A DNA stretch of 64,000 nt from Candidatus Moranbacteria bacterium GW2011_GWA2_39_41 (GTDB lineage Bacteria; Patescibacteriota; Minisyncoccia; Moranbacterales; UBA2206). Below the pieces are notes generated by a model. The model saw nothing but the letters and a program-made list of their open reading frames with translations, was not told where the DNA came from and made no database searches. A program made the translations under genes and the position numbers. The DNA lies in NCBI GenBank assembly GCA_000995125.1, contig LBXA01000001.1, positions 15,511 through 79,510 on the forward strand. The letters run 5' to 3'. Below, in pieces: positions 49,695-58,684 of this stretch (position 1 is its first letter; every line of letters begins with the position of its first letter).

Positions 49695-49803
49695 TTGTCA
49701 TTCCCGTGGAAACCTGCCTGCCGGCAGGCAGGCGGGAATCCAGTCACGCATCATTAAGTTTCTACACTAGATTCCCTTCGCCCGCTAGCGGAGGGAATGA
49801 CAA
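49695..49803. repeat. GTCATTCCC...GGGAATGAC REP doublet with nested 20-bp palindrome
   Basis: GTCATTCCCGTGGAAA[CCTGCCTGCCGGCAGGCAGG]CGGGAATCCAG ... CTAGATTCCC...GGGAATGAC. Confidence 0.85.
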
Positions 49804-49830
49804 AAACATAATATTCTAAAAAATATATTC

Positions 49831-50955
49831 ATGTCCAATCCTAAAAAAATTCTCCTCGTCACGCGTCCAATCGCCCCACCTTGGGATGAGGCCTCTAAGA
49901 ATTTTGCCTTTAGTTTGGCCAAGGATCTGGTTTCAAATGAAAATCTAGAACTTCATTTGATGACCAATGGTGCTGTTGCTGAATTGCCTCAAGGGATAAT
50001 CCAAGAACATGTTTATACTCATTCAGAAAATGATTTTGGATTTTCGCAAAAAATTCGCTCACTACTTTTTCAGATTATGACGCGTAGCCAATTTGATATT
50101 GCTCATTTTGTTTTCACTCCGACAAAACTCAATTCTTTTATCATAAAGAAATTCATCCAAAACGAAAAAACTAAAACTATTCAGACCGTCGCCACTTTGC
50201 GAGAAGATATGTTTTCCGATGCAGAACTGAAAAATTTGATGTTCGCTGATTTGGTCATCACCTATTCTACCTATGCCCAAGAAAAATTGAAGGACTTGGG
50301 CATTGTCAATGTCGCCCGAGTCTATCCTGGTATTGATTTGGAAAATTATCGCGCCAAACAAACACGTCAACTTTTTCCAGCCTACAATGCTTCTGATTTC
50401 GTGATCAATTTTGCCGGAGAATACACACGCCTCGGAGCTATGGATGATGTGATCGATGCCTTCATTCAAATCAGTCAAAAAATCCCGAACGCCAAACTTT
50501 CAATGGCTGTGCGCGTGAAAAACGAAAAGGATGCTAGCAAGAAAAAAGAAGTCATTGAAAAACTAAAGCAAAGCGATGTTCTGGAAAAAGTCGTCTTTCA
50601 TGATGATGGCAGATTCAATATGGCTGACATTTACAATTTTTGTGACGTGAGTCTTTTCCCCGTGCAGAATATGCGTGGCAAATTTGATGTGCCATTGGTG
50701 GTGGTGGAAGCTATGGCATGTGAAAAACCAGTGATTGTTTCCAATCTACCAATCCTCAAAGAATTTGCCTCAGACACAAACTCAATTACAATTGAACAAG
50801 GCAATGTTGCACAATTAGTTGACGCAATTCTTGATCTCTACAATAATCCAGAAAAACGCACACTTCTTGGCAAGGGCGGACGCAAATTCTGCGAAAAAAA
50901 TTTTGACATCAAAAAAGTCGCCTCAATCTACGAAAAAATTTACTTTGAATTATAA
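49831..50955 (+). CDS. Glycosyltransferase family 4
   Basis: YPGID, PLVVVEAMACEKPVI. Confidence 0.9.
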   Translation: MSNPKKILLVTRPIAPPWDEASKNFAFSLAKDLVSNENLELHLMTNGAVAELPQGIIQEHVYTHSENDFGFSQKIRSLLFQIMTRSQFDIAHFVFTPTKLNSFIIKKFIQNEKTKTIQTVATLREDMFSDAELKNLMFADLVITYSTYAQEKLKDLGIVNVARVYPGIDLENYRAKQTRQLFPAYNASDFVINFAGEYTRLGAMDDVIDAFIQISQKIPNAKLSMAVRVKNEKDASKKKEVIEKLKQSDVLEKVVFHDDGRFNMADIYNFCDVSLFPVQNMRGKFDVPLVVVEAMACEKPVIVSNLPILKEFASDTNSITIEQGNVAQLVDAILDLYNNPEKRTLLGKGGRKFCEKNFDIKKVASIYEKIYFEL

Positions 50956-50999
50956 ATATGCGTTAATTCGCTAATTCTTTAATCCGTTAATTATTTATT

Positions 51000-52493
51000 A
51001 TGTCCTATCAAATCGAAAACTTGTCCCCTCACAAAAAACAATTTCAAACCTCTGCTATGCAAGTTCCGGCTATCTTGCATGTCTCGGATGACTTGATGCC
51101 CAACGAGGCCACGTTGGCTGAAATTGAGGGCGTAGCTTCTGACCCGCATGCTTTTCATCATGTAGCTGCCATGTCTGACGTACACAGCAAAAAGGGCCGT
51201 AAGAACCCAACTGGCACCGTGATGGCCTCAGAGGACCATTTGTTGCCCCAAATCAATGATACGGCGCCCAATTGTGGTATGCGCTTTTTGAAGACCAATC
51301 TCACCGATGCAGATTTTACTCCAGAAAACATTGACCGACTTTTCCAAGAATTGATTGGTGTCATCCCAACCAAGGCTTATGTTGGCACCAAAATGCCCTA
51401 TTCTTTGATTATGGACATTTGCCGCAAAGGCATTGCGCCAGTGCGAGAATTTTTCCAAACTCGCACTAAAAATGAAATTGCAAACGCTTTCGAAGGTGGC
51501 AACTTTTTTTCTGAAATTCCCACGGAAAAAGAAATTCTCAATGCCATTCCAAAATTGTTTTTACACATTGGGCAATATCGTCTTGGCATCCTCGGCGCTG
51601 CTGGCAATCATTTCTTGGATTTGATGAAAATCACCGAAATTGAAAATCAAGAGATTGCTACCAAATTCGGATTGCAAACTGGGCAATATATTTTTTTGTT
51701 ACACACTGGCTCCGGACTTTTGGGGCAATACGCGTCATACCTTTATACGCCCAAAAGAAAAGAACACTTGAGCCAAAGAATTATCTTGGAAATTGGCAAA
51801 TTTCTTTTCAAGACAGATTATAAAAAAGAATTCAAAACCTTGTGGAAAAAAATTGAAAGTTTCAAGGACAGCAAAGAATATTTCGCCTATGATGACCAAA
51901 GCTTGGAAGGCAAACTCTTTTTGACTTCGCACAATGCCGCCGCCAATCAAGGCTATGCCAATCGTTCAATTTTGAATCATCAATTAGACTTGGCAATTGA
52001 AAAAGTTTTGGGCAAAAATCCAGAATTAGATATGCTCTATGACATGCCACATGTTTTTGTGCATCGGGAAAAAAATCATTTTGGCAAAGATGTTTGGGTG
52101 CATAGAAACGGCACTGTACGCGCCAATGGCCCAGCACGTATGAACCATCCATTGTTCTCCCAAACTGGTGAGCCAGTTTTCATTCCGTCTTCCATGAGCA
52201 CGCCGGCCTATATTTGCGCTGGGACTGACGCCAATGAATCTAGTTTCTTCTCAGCGAGTCACGGCACCGGTCGTCGCAGAGATCCCTTGGCTGATGCGAC
52301 GCATAATAGAGCGGAACTTTTCGACAAGCTCAAAGCAAGACAAGTCAAACTTTTCAATGCCAAATCCAAAGGCGTAGTCATGCAGGATAGTTCATACTAC
52401 AAAGATGTGGAAGAAGTCATCGCTGGCATGGAAGCCAATCAAATCGTCAAAGCCGTGGCCAAAATGGAACCAGTGGCAGTTTTGATGTACTAA
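51000..52493 (+). CDS. rtcB: RtcB-family protein (divergent)
   Basis: DVH, NCGMR, GNHF, HTGS, HRNG, PVFIPSSM, SASHGTGR, YKDVEEV. Confidence 0.85.
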   Translation: MSYQIENLSPHKKQFQTSAMQVPAILHVSDDLMPNEATLAEIEGVASDPHAFHHVAAMSDVHSKKGRKNPTGTVMASEDHLLPQINDTAPNCGMRFLKTNLTDADFTPENIDRLFQELIGVIPTKAYVGTKMPYSLIMDICRKGIAPVREFFQTRTKNEIANAFEGGNFFSEIPTEKEILNAIPKLFLHIGQYRLGILGAAGNHFLDLMKITEIENQEIATKFGLQTGQYIFLLHTGSGLLGQYASYLYTPKRKEHLSQRIILEIGKFLFKTDYKKEFKTLWKKIESFKDSKEYFAYDDQSLEGKLFLTSHNAAANQGYANRSILNHQLDLAIEKVLGKNPELDMLYDMPHVFVHREKNHFGKDVWVHRNGTVRANGPARMNHPLFSQTGEPVFIPSSMSTPAYICAGTDANESSFFSASHGTGRRRDPLADATHNRAELFDKLKARQVKLFNAKSKGVVMQDSSYYKDVEEVIAGMEANQIVKAVAKMEPVAVLMY

Positions 52494-52495
52494 TC

Positions 52496-52524
52496 TTGAC
52501 ATTTCCTCAAAAACCAGTCAGACT
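52496..52524 (+). promoter_or_regulatory. Putative sigma70 promoter of the ORF + tRNA-like cassette
   Basis: TTGACA-17-CAGACT. Confidence 0.5.
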
Positions 52525-52591
52525 TATAGGCGTTAAGAAAGAAAAAAATAACCAGTTCCTTTTTATAACCCATATTTCACGGAGGGAGCAG

Positions 52592-52852
52592 ATGAACAGC
52601 TATCATACATTTATAACAATACATGGACTTACTGTGGAAAAGGCTCTGGAATGCATGCAGGTAATGCGAAATTTTTTGCAAAAAACTATACCGGATGAAT
52701 GCAAGGGCGTTATTTACACTCATAATCCCGCGCCAGTATTCAATGATTTAGGTCAAGAAATAATGACCATTGAAATAACTGCACGGCCAAACCGTCGCTC
52801 GCAAATCACCGAACGTCTAGCACCCCTCGAGCTCAACATTCTTGAATCCTAA
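52592..52852 (+). CDS. 86-aa orphan protein
   Basis: Strong SD (GGAGG) before ATG 52592; alternating beta/alpha pattern; family not recognised. Confidence 0.7.
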   Translation: MNSYHTFITIHGLTVEKALECMQVMRNFLQKTIPDECKGVIYTHNPAPVFNDLGQEIMTIEITARPNRRSQITERLAPLELNILES

Positions 52853-52872
52853 CCCCAATTACGCATTTGTAT

Positions 52873-52997
52873 GCCTCAGTAGCTCAATAGGTGAAGCAAC
52901 TGATCATCTGACCGCTGGACAAGTGATTTTCCAGTGAGATGAAGCACCCTTTCTTGAGAAGATCAGAAAGCTGGAGGTTCGAGTCCTCTCTGGGGCT
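52873..52997 (+). tRNA. tRNA-like gene with a 59-nt structured insert in place of the anticodon loop (anticodon not assignable)
   Basis: Acceptor GCCTCAG/CTGGGGC, TAGCTCAATAGGT D-arm, CTGATC/GATCAG stem, GGAGG-TTCGAGT-CCTCT T-arm; no encoded CCA. Confidence 0.75.
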
Positions 52998-53013
52998 ATA
53001 CCCACACCTGACT

Positions 53014-53050
53014 CGCCTCGCACGATTAACATCGTTGCGGGGCGTTTTTT
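53014..53050 (+). terminator. Intrinsic terminator after the tRNA-like gene
   Basis: CGCCTCGCACGAT...ATCGTTGCGGGGCG followed by T6. Confidence 0.85.
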
Positions 53051-53110
53051 ATTCCTAGCTTTTGCGCCTGTTTTATGCTATGATTTTGGTATAAGAAAGT
53101 TAAATATCCT

Positions 53111-53749
53111 ATGAAAATTATCACTATTTCCGGCGTGGACGGATCAGGTAAATCGACCCAAATCAAGCTTCTACAAGAATATTTAGAATCGCGAGATATG
53201 CGGGTTTTTTATTTCCATGCCATTGAGTTTGGTTTGGCTACCAAACTAGCCGATTTCAAGAAAAAATATTGCCTGATTTGCAAAATCAAAGGTCTGTGCA
53301 ACATCAAATCGTCTGAAACAAAAAGTGTCACCAAGGCCAACTGGCTACAAATCCAACTACGCAAAATTTTTCTTCGCATCGATATTTTACGCTTCAAAAA
53401 ACTCATAAAAAAATTAGAGAAAGAAAAAATTGACTATCTTCTTAGTGATCGCTTTTTCTACGATTCAGTCGTCAACATCCACTATCTTGAAAATTCGGAC
53501 ATTAAAAATTCGGCTTTGATTCAAAATTCAAAATTCAAAATTCAAAATTCTTTTTATATGGACATATCTCCCGAACAAATCATGCAACGCGAAAGAAAAC
53601 CCGATCAAGGCCTGGAATATTTACAAAAAAAGACTGAACTGTTCAAGCAAAAAATTGAAGACTGGAATATGCAAATTATTGACGCCAATCAGTCTAAGGA
53701 GGAAATTTTCAATGCCATCAAGAGCATTGTGACTTTACGGACTTTATAA
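53111..53749 (+). CDS. Thymidylate kinase-like P-loop kinase
   Basis: SGVDGSGKSTQ, SDRFFYD, IIDAN; Cys-rich and heptamer-derived insertions. Confidence 0.8.
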   Translation: MKIITISGVDGSGKSTQIKLLQEYLESRDMRVFYFHAIEFGLATKLADFKKKYCLICKIKGLCNIKSSETKSVTKANWLQIQLRKIFLRIDILRFKKLIKKLEKEKIDYLLSDRFFYDSVVNIHYLENSDIKNSALIQNSKFKIQNSFYMDISPEQIMQRERKPDQGLEYLQKKTELFKQKIEDWNMQIIDANQSKEEIFNAIKSIVTLRTL

Positions 53750-53766
53750 ACTTTTAACTTCACGTT

Positions 53767-55302
53767 ATGTCAAGCAATATTGCCAAATCGGCCCTTTGGG
53801 TCACTGTTTCAGAAATCCTCTTTAACTTGTCAGGATTTATCATTCACAGCGTTCTGGGACGCGTTTTGGGGCCTGCAGACTATGGCAGATATGGCCTAAT
53901 TGTGACTTTGACCACTATGGTCATTGTCCTTATTGGCAATGGCATTCCAACCGCCATGGCCAAATACATCAGTGAAATTTATGAAACCAATCCACTGGGG
54001 GTTTTGCAAATCAAAAAACAAGCTATCAAATTGCAAGTGCTCATCGTCGGTGCCATCACAGTGATTTTCTATTTTTCTGCAGGACTAATTTCCAAGGCTT
54101 TGGGTGATCCAACTCTGGCACCACTCTTCCGTTTTTCAACTTTGATTATCCCAGCTTTCGCTGCGGCATCTTTCTATTTTTCCTATTACACTGGCCTACA
54201 TAAATTCAACACTCAAGCTACACTCAAAACCATTCGCTCAGTGATGCGCATTGGCTTTGTCGTTGGCTTGGCGTTTATTTTTGGTCTCAAAGGATCTATC
54301 TCTGGCTATGTCATTGCGCCATTTTCTGTTTTTGCAATTGCCTACGCGATTGATAAATTCAAAATTGCGAAAGAACTGAAATCGCGCATTGTAGAGACGC
54401 AAAATATTGCGTCTATACCAGAAACGAATTTTGATTGGAGAAAATTAGTCAATTATGGCTGGCAGGTGGTAGTTTTCTTTTTAGCCTATGAGCTGCTCAT
54501 CAGCATTGATTTATATATGGTCAAAGCGATTTTGCATGACGATGTTTTGACTGGAATTTACAACGCTTCACTCACCGTCGGACGCATCCCCTATTACATT
54601 TTCTATGCTATGACTGTTTTTCTTTTGCCAATGATGTCCAAATCTACGGCTCAAAATAATCATGCTGAGACTGCAAGAATTTTGGAGCAAGCTCTGCGTA
54701 TTATTTTGATTTTACTCGTGCCAATGATAATTTTGCTTTCCATTTTTGCCCTACCAACATTGCAACTGCTTTATGGTCAGAAATATTTGGCGGGAGCCGT
54801 GCCAATGTCAATCCTCGTGTTTGGGGTTGGATTTTTGACACTTTTTTATGTTCTAAGTTTTGCTATGAACGGCGCTGGCAAAACTAAACTTGTGATGTGG
54901 ATTGCTTCGGTTGGATTAGTAATAAATTCTGTTTTGAATTATTTTTTTATCCACAAATATGGCATTCTCGGCTCAGCCATTGCCACTTCCGTCACTTCAT
55001 TTGTCATCATGACCATCATGCTCTACTATCTGAAGCGTGATTTTGGCGTTACCTACAAAATGAAAAGTATTTTACGCGTGACGCTAGCAGGATTTCATGT
55101 TTATATTTTTTCCCTAATCGTTCCACTTCGTCCTAAACTATTTTTCCTTGAAACCATTCTTCTTCTAGGTGTTTACTTTGGCTTCCTTTGGATTTTGCGA
55201 GAAATCAAAAAGGAGGACCTTGTAATCCTCCAAAATATTATTCGTCGTAAGAAAGTTGCGGAAGTGGAACAAGAATTGTCCGGCAATGAACCAAGCGCCT
55301 AA
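53767..55302 (+). CDS. Wzx/MurJ-like oligosaccharide flippase
   Basis: RVLGPADYG, GIYNAS, about 14 TMs, YGILGSAIATS. Confidence 0.9.
   Translation: MSSNIAKSALWVTVSEILFNLSGFIIHSVLGRVLGPADYGRYGLIVTLTTMVIVLIGNGIPTAMAKYISEIYETNPLGVLQIKKQAIKLQVLIVGAITVIFYFSAGLISKALGDPTLAPLFRFSTLIIPAFAAASFYFSYYTGLHKFNTQATLKTIRSVMRIGFVVGLAFIFGLKGSISGYVIAPFSVFAIAYAIDKFKIAKELKSRIVETQNIASIPETNFDWRKLVNYGWQVVVFFLAYELLISIDLYMVKAILHDDVLTGIYNASLTVGRIPYYIFYAMTVFLLPMMSKSTAQNNHAETARILEQALRIILILLVPMIILLSIFALPTLQLLYGQKYLAGAVPMSILVFGVGFLTLFYVLSFAMNGAGKTKLVMWIASVGLVINSVLNYFFIHKYGILGSAIATSVTSFVIMTIMLYYLKRDFGVTYKMKSILRVTLAGFHVYIFSLIVPLRPKLFFLETILLLGVYFGFLWILREIKKEDLVILQNIIRRKKVAEVEQELSGNEPSA
54391..54418. repeat. GTAG-type REP-like palindrome inside the flippase CDS
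   Basis: GTAGAGACGCAAAATATTGCGTCTATAC; encodes VETQNIASI. Confidence 0.8.
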
Positions 55303-56825
55303 TTACTCCACCGATACACACCAATGTCACCGCGCACCGCGATGGCATTTATTTTTTCCAAGTTTTTCTCAACATATTTTTGCACATCTTCGGAGATATA
55401 ATCTTTGTCATTGCCAGAATATATAAACCAGCCGGACAGATTCTCACTCATGATTTTCTGCAACTCTGTTAAGTTGAATTTTTCTTGTGACAATTCCCCA
55501 CCAAAATCAAAGGTTACAACTTTCTGTCCACTCCAATAATAATTGCGGAAATCTCGAGTGATCAAAACATCATTCGGTTTTTTGTTTTTCTTGAAATAGG
55601 TGAAAACACTACGATAGTTCGGATTTTCTGAACGCGAGGTTTGCTGATAGACACTGTTTTCTTGGAAAAAATAGGCATAATTTGGCAAAATCAAGAAAGC
55701 TACAATAATTGCGATATAAAATGGTTTTTTATTATACTTCAACAAACTGTCTTGGAAAAACACGGCCACTGCATAAATTCCCGTTGCAATCAAAATCATT
55801 TCGAAAGATTGGATGAAGAAGATATATTGTTCACCTACATTTCTACGCCACATAAAAATGGCAAACAGTAGTGGCACGAAAAATGAAATCGACAGCCACA
55901 AAGCTTCTTTGCCCAAGAATCTTGTTTTGACTAAATAATAAATTCCGAGTATTGCAAAAGCAATCGCAATCAAAACATCATTATAATCCCGTAAAACGAT
56001 AGCCAAATAACTCCAATGTGTGGTGAAGAAAACTAAGGTTCCTAAAAATTGTGCCACTAAGTCTTTGGCAAAAATTTCAACCAAAACAAATCCCGCCACA
56101 GCTATGGCCAACATCACCGCATACTTATTTTGCCATGATTTTGTTTTGCGATAGACACTTGCCAAACGCACAACAAGATACACTGCGACAACAATGGCAA
56201 TATTAGCGGTGAGTTGATGCAAGTGGAAACTCAGTGCTCCCAGTGTCAGTATCGGCATCAAATACATCAAATTCAATCCGTATTCAACATTAACTTTTTT
56301 TATCCAAGCCACATTGCCCTCGTATTTTCTTTCCAAAAATTTGAAAGTTGACCACGAAAACAACAAAAAGATTGGAAAAAACATCGCATACATTCGCACA
56401 TGTCGATCAAAAATGATACCAGAAACACTCAAGGCAAACAAAGTTGCGCTCAATAGACCGATAGCTCGTTTCTTGGTGAAGCTGGTTGCCACCAAATACA
56501 TCGCACCAATGGAAATCATACCCCAAAAAACACTCACGGCGCGAGCTGTAGTCTCTGTAGGTGGAAAGAATTTATATAATTGTGCCATTTGCCAGCGATA
56601 AATCCAGGCACGCTCATCACTTGGGTCATTCAAGCGCTCTGCTGAGGTTTCTAAATTGAAATCCCAAGCATGCCAATCACCAGTTTTGAAATAGCCATAA
56701 CTGGCGTTTACATCCAAAAATTCATCCGCTACAAATGAAGAATTACCCAATTTATACATGCGCAAAAACCCGCCCAACAAAACTACCAAAAACAAAATGG
56801 CAAAGAACTTTTTTTTGTCTAACAT
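55299..56825 (-). CDS. GT-C (PMT/ArnT-like) glycosyltransferase
   Basis: LRMYKLG..SFVADE, RMYA, polytopic. Confidence 0.8.
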   Translation of the reverse strand: MLDKKKFFAILFLVVLLGGFLRMYKLGNSSFVADEFLDVNASYGYFKTGDWHAWDFNLETSAERLNDPSDERAWIYRWQMAQLYKFFPPTETTARAVSVFWGMISIGAMYLVATSFTKKRAIGLLSATLFALSVSGIIFDRHVRMYAMFFPIFLLFSWSTFKFLERKYEGNVAWIKKVNVEYGLNLMYLMPILTLGALSFHLHQLTANIAIVVAVYLVVRLASVYRKTKSWQNKYAVMLAIAVAGFVLVEIFAKDLVAQFLGTLVFFTTHWSYLAIVLRDYNDVLIAIAFAILGIYYLVKTRFLGKEALWLSISFFVPLLFAIFMWRRNVGEQYIFFIQSFEMILIATGIYAVAVFFQDSLLKYNKKPFYIAIIVAFLILPNYAYFFQENSVYQQTSRSENPNYRSVFTYFKKNKKPNDVLITRDFRNYYWSGQKVVTFDFGGELSQEKFNLTELQKIMSENLSGWFIYSGNDKDYISEDVQKYVEKNLEKINAIAVRGDIGVYRWSN

Positions 56826-56842
56826 TTTTTTATATATAATAA

Positions 56843-58600
56843 TTATTCTTCTTCACTGTCTTCAGCAAAAATTTCCTCCCAGCGGAAACGCACTGGCACA
56901 TTTGGGCCACTCTGTGGTTTGCCCTTTGGCCTAAATTCCTGACTGTCGGTGGTAATAAATTCTTTTTTAGGCACCAAATTAAACACTAGCAATGTCCCAA
57001 ATTCTTTTTGACCAATAATTTCAAATTTATCTGTATAATCATCCAGTTCAGCATCCAAATTATCCCCCGATGGATAAATCAGAAAATAATTGCTATCGCG
57101 GTATATCTTGTTGTTGCGCATATCATCGCGCGGAATCTGACGTTGCTCCAGATTATATAAAAAAGCTCGACGATAAAATGGGTCACTATCCAAATAGATC
57201 GGGAAATTATTTTTCTTATAAAATTCTTCCATATAATCAGTAATGATTTCTTGCTGAAGCATGGTCACCCGCTCTTGTTCTTTGAGAATTCTGTCAGCTT
57301 TGATTTTGAAATTTTCAAATGGTGCTCTACTCAATTGCGAAAATCTGGCTTGTGTTTCGCGCAAATTGGAAAACAAAACAATTGCAACAATCACAATCAA
57401 CGCCACAAGTGCAGCTCGCCTATTTTTAATTATCTGGCCAAAAAATTGCAACATCAATCCCAAGAAGATAAATGGCAATCCAGCCACTAGCAAGAAAAAT
57501 CTTGGCGCAAAATCATAGGCAATTGGCGTGAAAGCCACAAAAGAAACGCCAAACCACAAACAAATCAAAATGATGAAATCTCGCTGTGGACTGTTTTCCT
57601 GGCGCCAAACTTTTATCAAATTATATGCCAGCAGGATTATGCCAGCTGAAAACAAAATTATTGACAAGATCCCCATTGGTGTCCCTTTTGTGCAATCTTC
57701 ATCACAAACCAAAACTGCGGGAACAACCTTATAATTAACTTTTGGCAACTCCGCCTTTTGATAACTACTCACCAACAATAAATAGCTGAGTGAATTTTCT
57801 TTATAATTTCGAACAGCCTTTTCAAAAAGAGAATTGTCGTTTTTAGTTGATTTCTTGGTGAAAACTTTGGCAAATTGCTTGATATTTGCCCCGCCTGTGC
57901 CAAAATCATTCACAATCGGCGGAATATACAGAACCACGAAAATCAAGACTGCTGCAAACCAATGAATCAGTCTCAATCTCGGTCGCTTAATCACTAGAAA
58001 AACCACAGTCACCATTGGCACCACCAAGAACGCCACGAAATGCAATTGAGTAGTGATGGCCATTGCGCCAGACGCCACCGCCGCCCACCAACCCTTTCTT
58101 TTTTCATCGGGATCAACAGTTTGCAATAGTGCATAGAAAGTCAGCAGGATGAAAAATGGCAAATTGTTCGGGTTCCACGCAAAACGCGAATACATAATCA
58201 AAAAAAGTGAGGTGGAAAAAACCGCCAAAAGTGCCATAGATATTTTTCGCTCAAAATATCTACGCACAAAAAGATAGAACAACGGCAAGGTCAGAATAGA
58301 AAAAATCAGATTGACAGTTGCAATGCCAGCGGGTGTGTTGCCAAAAATTTTGGCACTAATGTATTCAAAATAATAAAAGATTGGTCCCAGCCGCAAAAAT
58401 GACCCGGCCGCCTTGGGTCCCAAAAGTGGCAAATTCGCTGCGCCTTCCTCCACTGCCAAATCAATCACTATAGCATCGCGAGACTGATCTAACTCGAAAT
58501 GCAACCAATCCGCAAAATGATAGACGCGTAAGAACGTTCCCAGCGCCAAAATAGCCACAATCAACCCCACAAACCAATACTTTTTGAAATAATTATTCAC
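56843..58600 (-). CDS. GT-C (PMT/ArnT-like) glycosyltransferase
   Basis: LRVY...FELDQSRD, PLLGP, SRFAWNPN. Confidence 0.8.
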   Translation of the reverse strand: MNNYFKKYWFVGLIVAILALGTFLRVYHFADWLHFELDQSRDAIVIDLAVEEGAANLPLLGPKAAGSFLRLGPIFYYFEYISAKIFGNTPAGIATVNLIFSILTLPLFYLFVRRYFERKISMALLAVFSTSLFLIMYSRFAWNPNNLPFFILLTFYALLQTVDPDEKRKGWWAAVASGAMAITTQLHFVAFLVVPMVTVVFLVIKRPRLRLIHWFAAVLIFVVLYIPPIVNDFGTGGANIKQFAKVFTKKSTKNDNSLFEKAVRNYKENSLSYLLLVSSYQKAELPKVNYKVVPAVLVCDEDCTKGTPMGILSIILFSAGIILLAYNLIKVWRQENSPQRDFIILICLWFGVSFVAFTPIAYDFAPRFFLLVAGLPFIFLGLMLQFFGQIIKNRRAALVALIVIVAIVLFSNLRETQARFSQLSRAPFENFKIKADRILKEQERVTMLQQEIITDYMEEFYKKNNFPIYLDSDPFYRRAFLYNLEQRQIPRDDMRNNKIYRDSNYFLIYPSGDNLDAELDDYTDKFEIIGQKEFGTLLVFNLVPKKEFITTDSQEFRPKGKPQSGPNVPVRFRWEEIFAEDSEEE

Positions 58601-58684
58601 TTTGTTTTTTTCCTTAATTTATAGTAAAATAAGCCTTGTAAGCTACTTCTATTTTATTACATAATCCGTAACAAATCAAACGTC

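Noticed and set aside
52873-52997. tmRNA, YrlA Y RNA or group I intron-containing tRNA
   Set aside because: Too short for tmRNA or a group I intron, no G3-U70 alanine identity pair, ends lie at the acceptor stem unlike YrlA, and no Ro60 gene is in the window.
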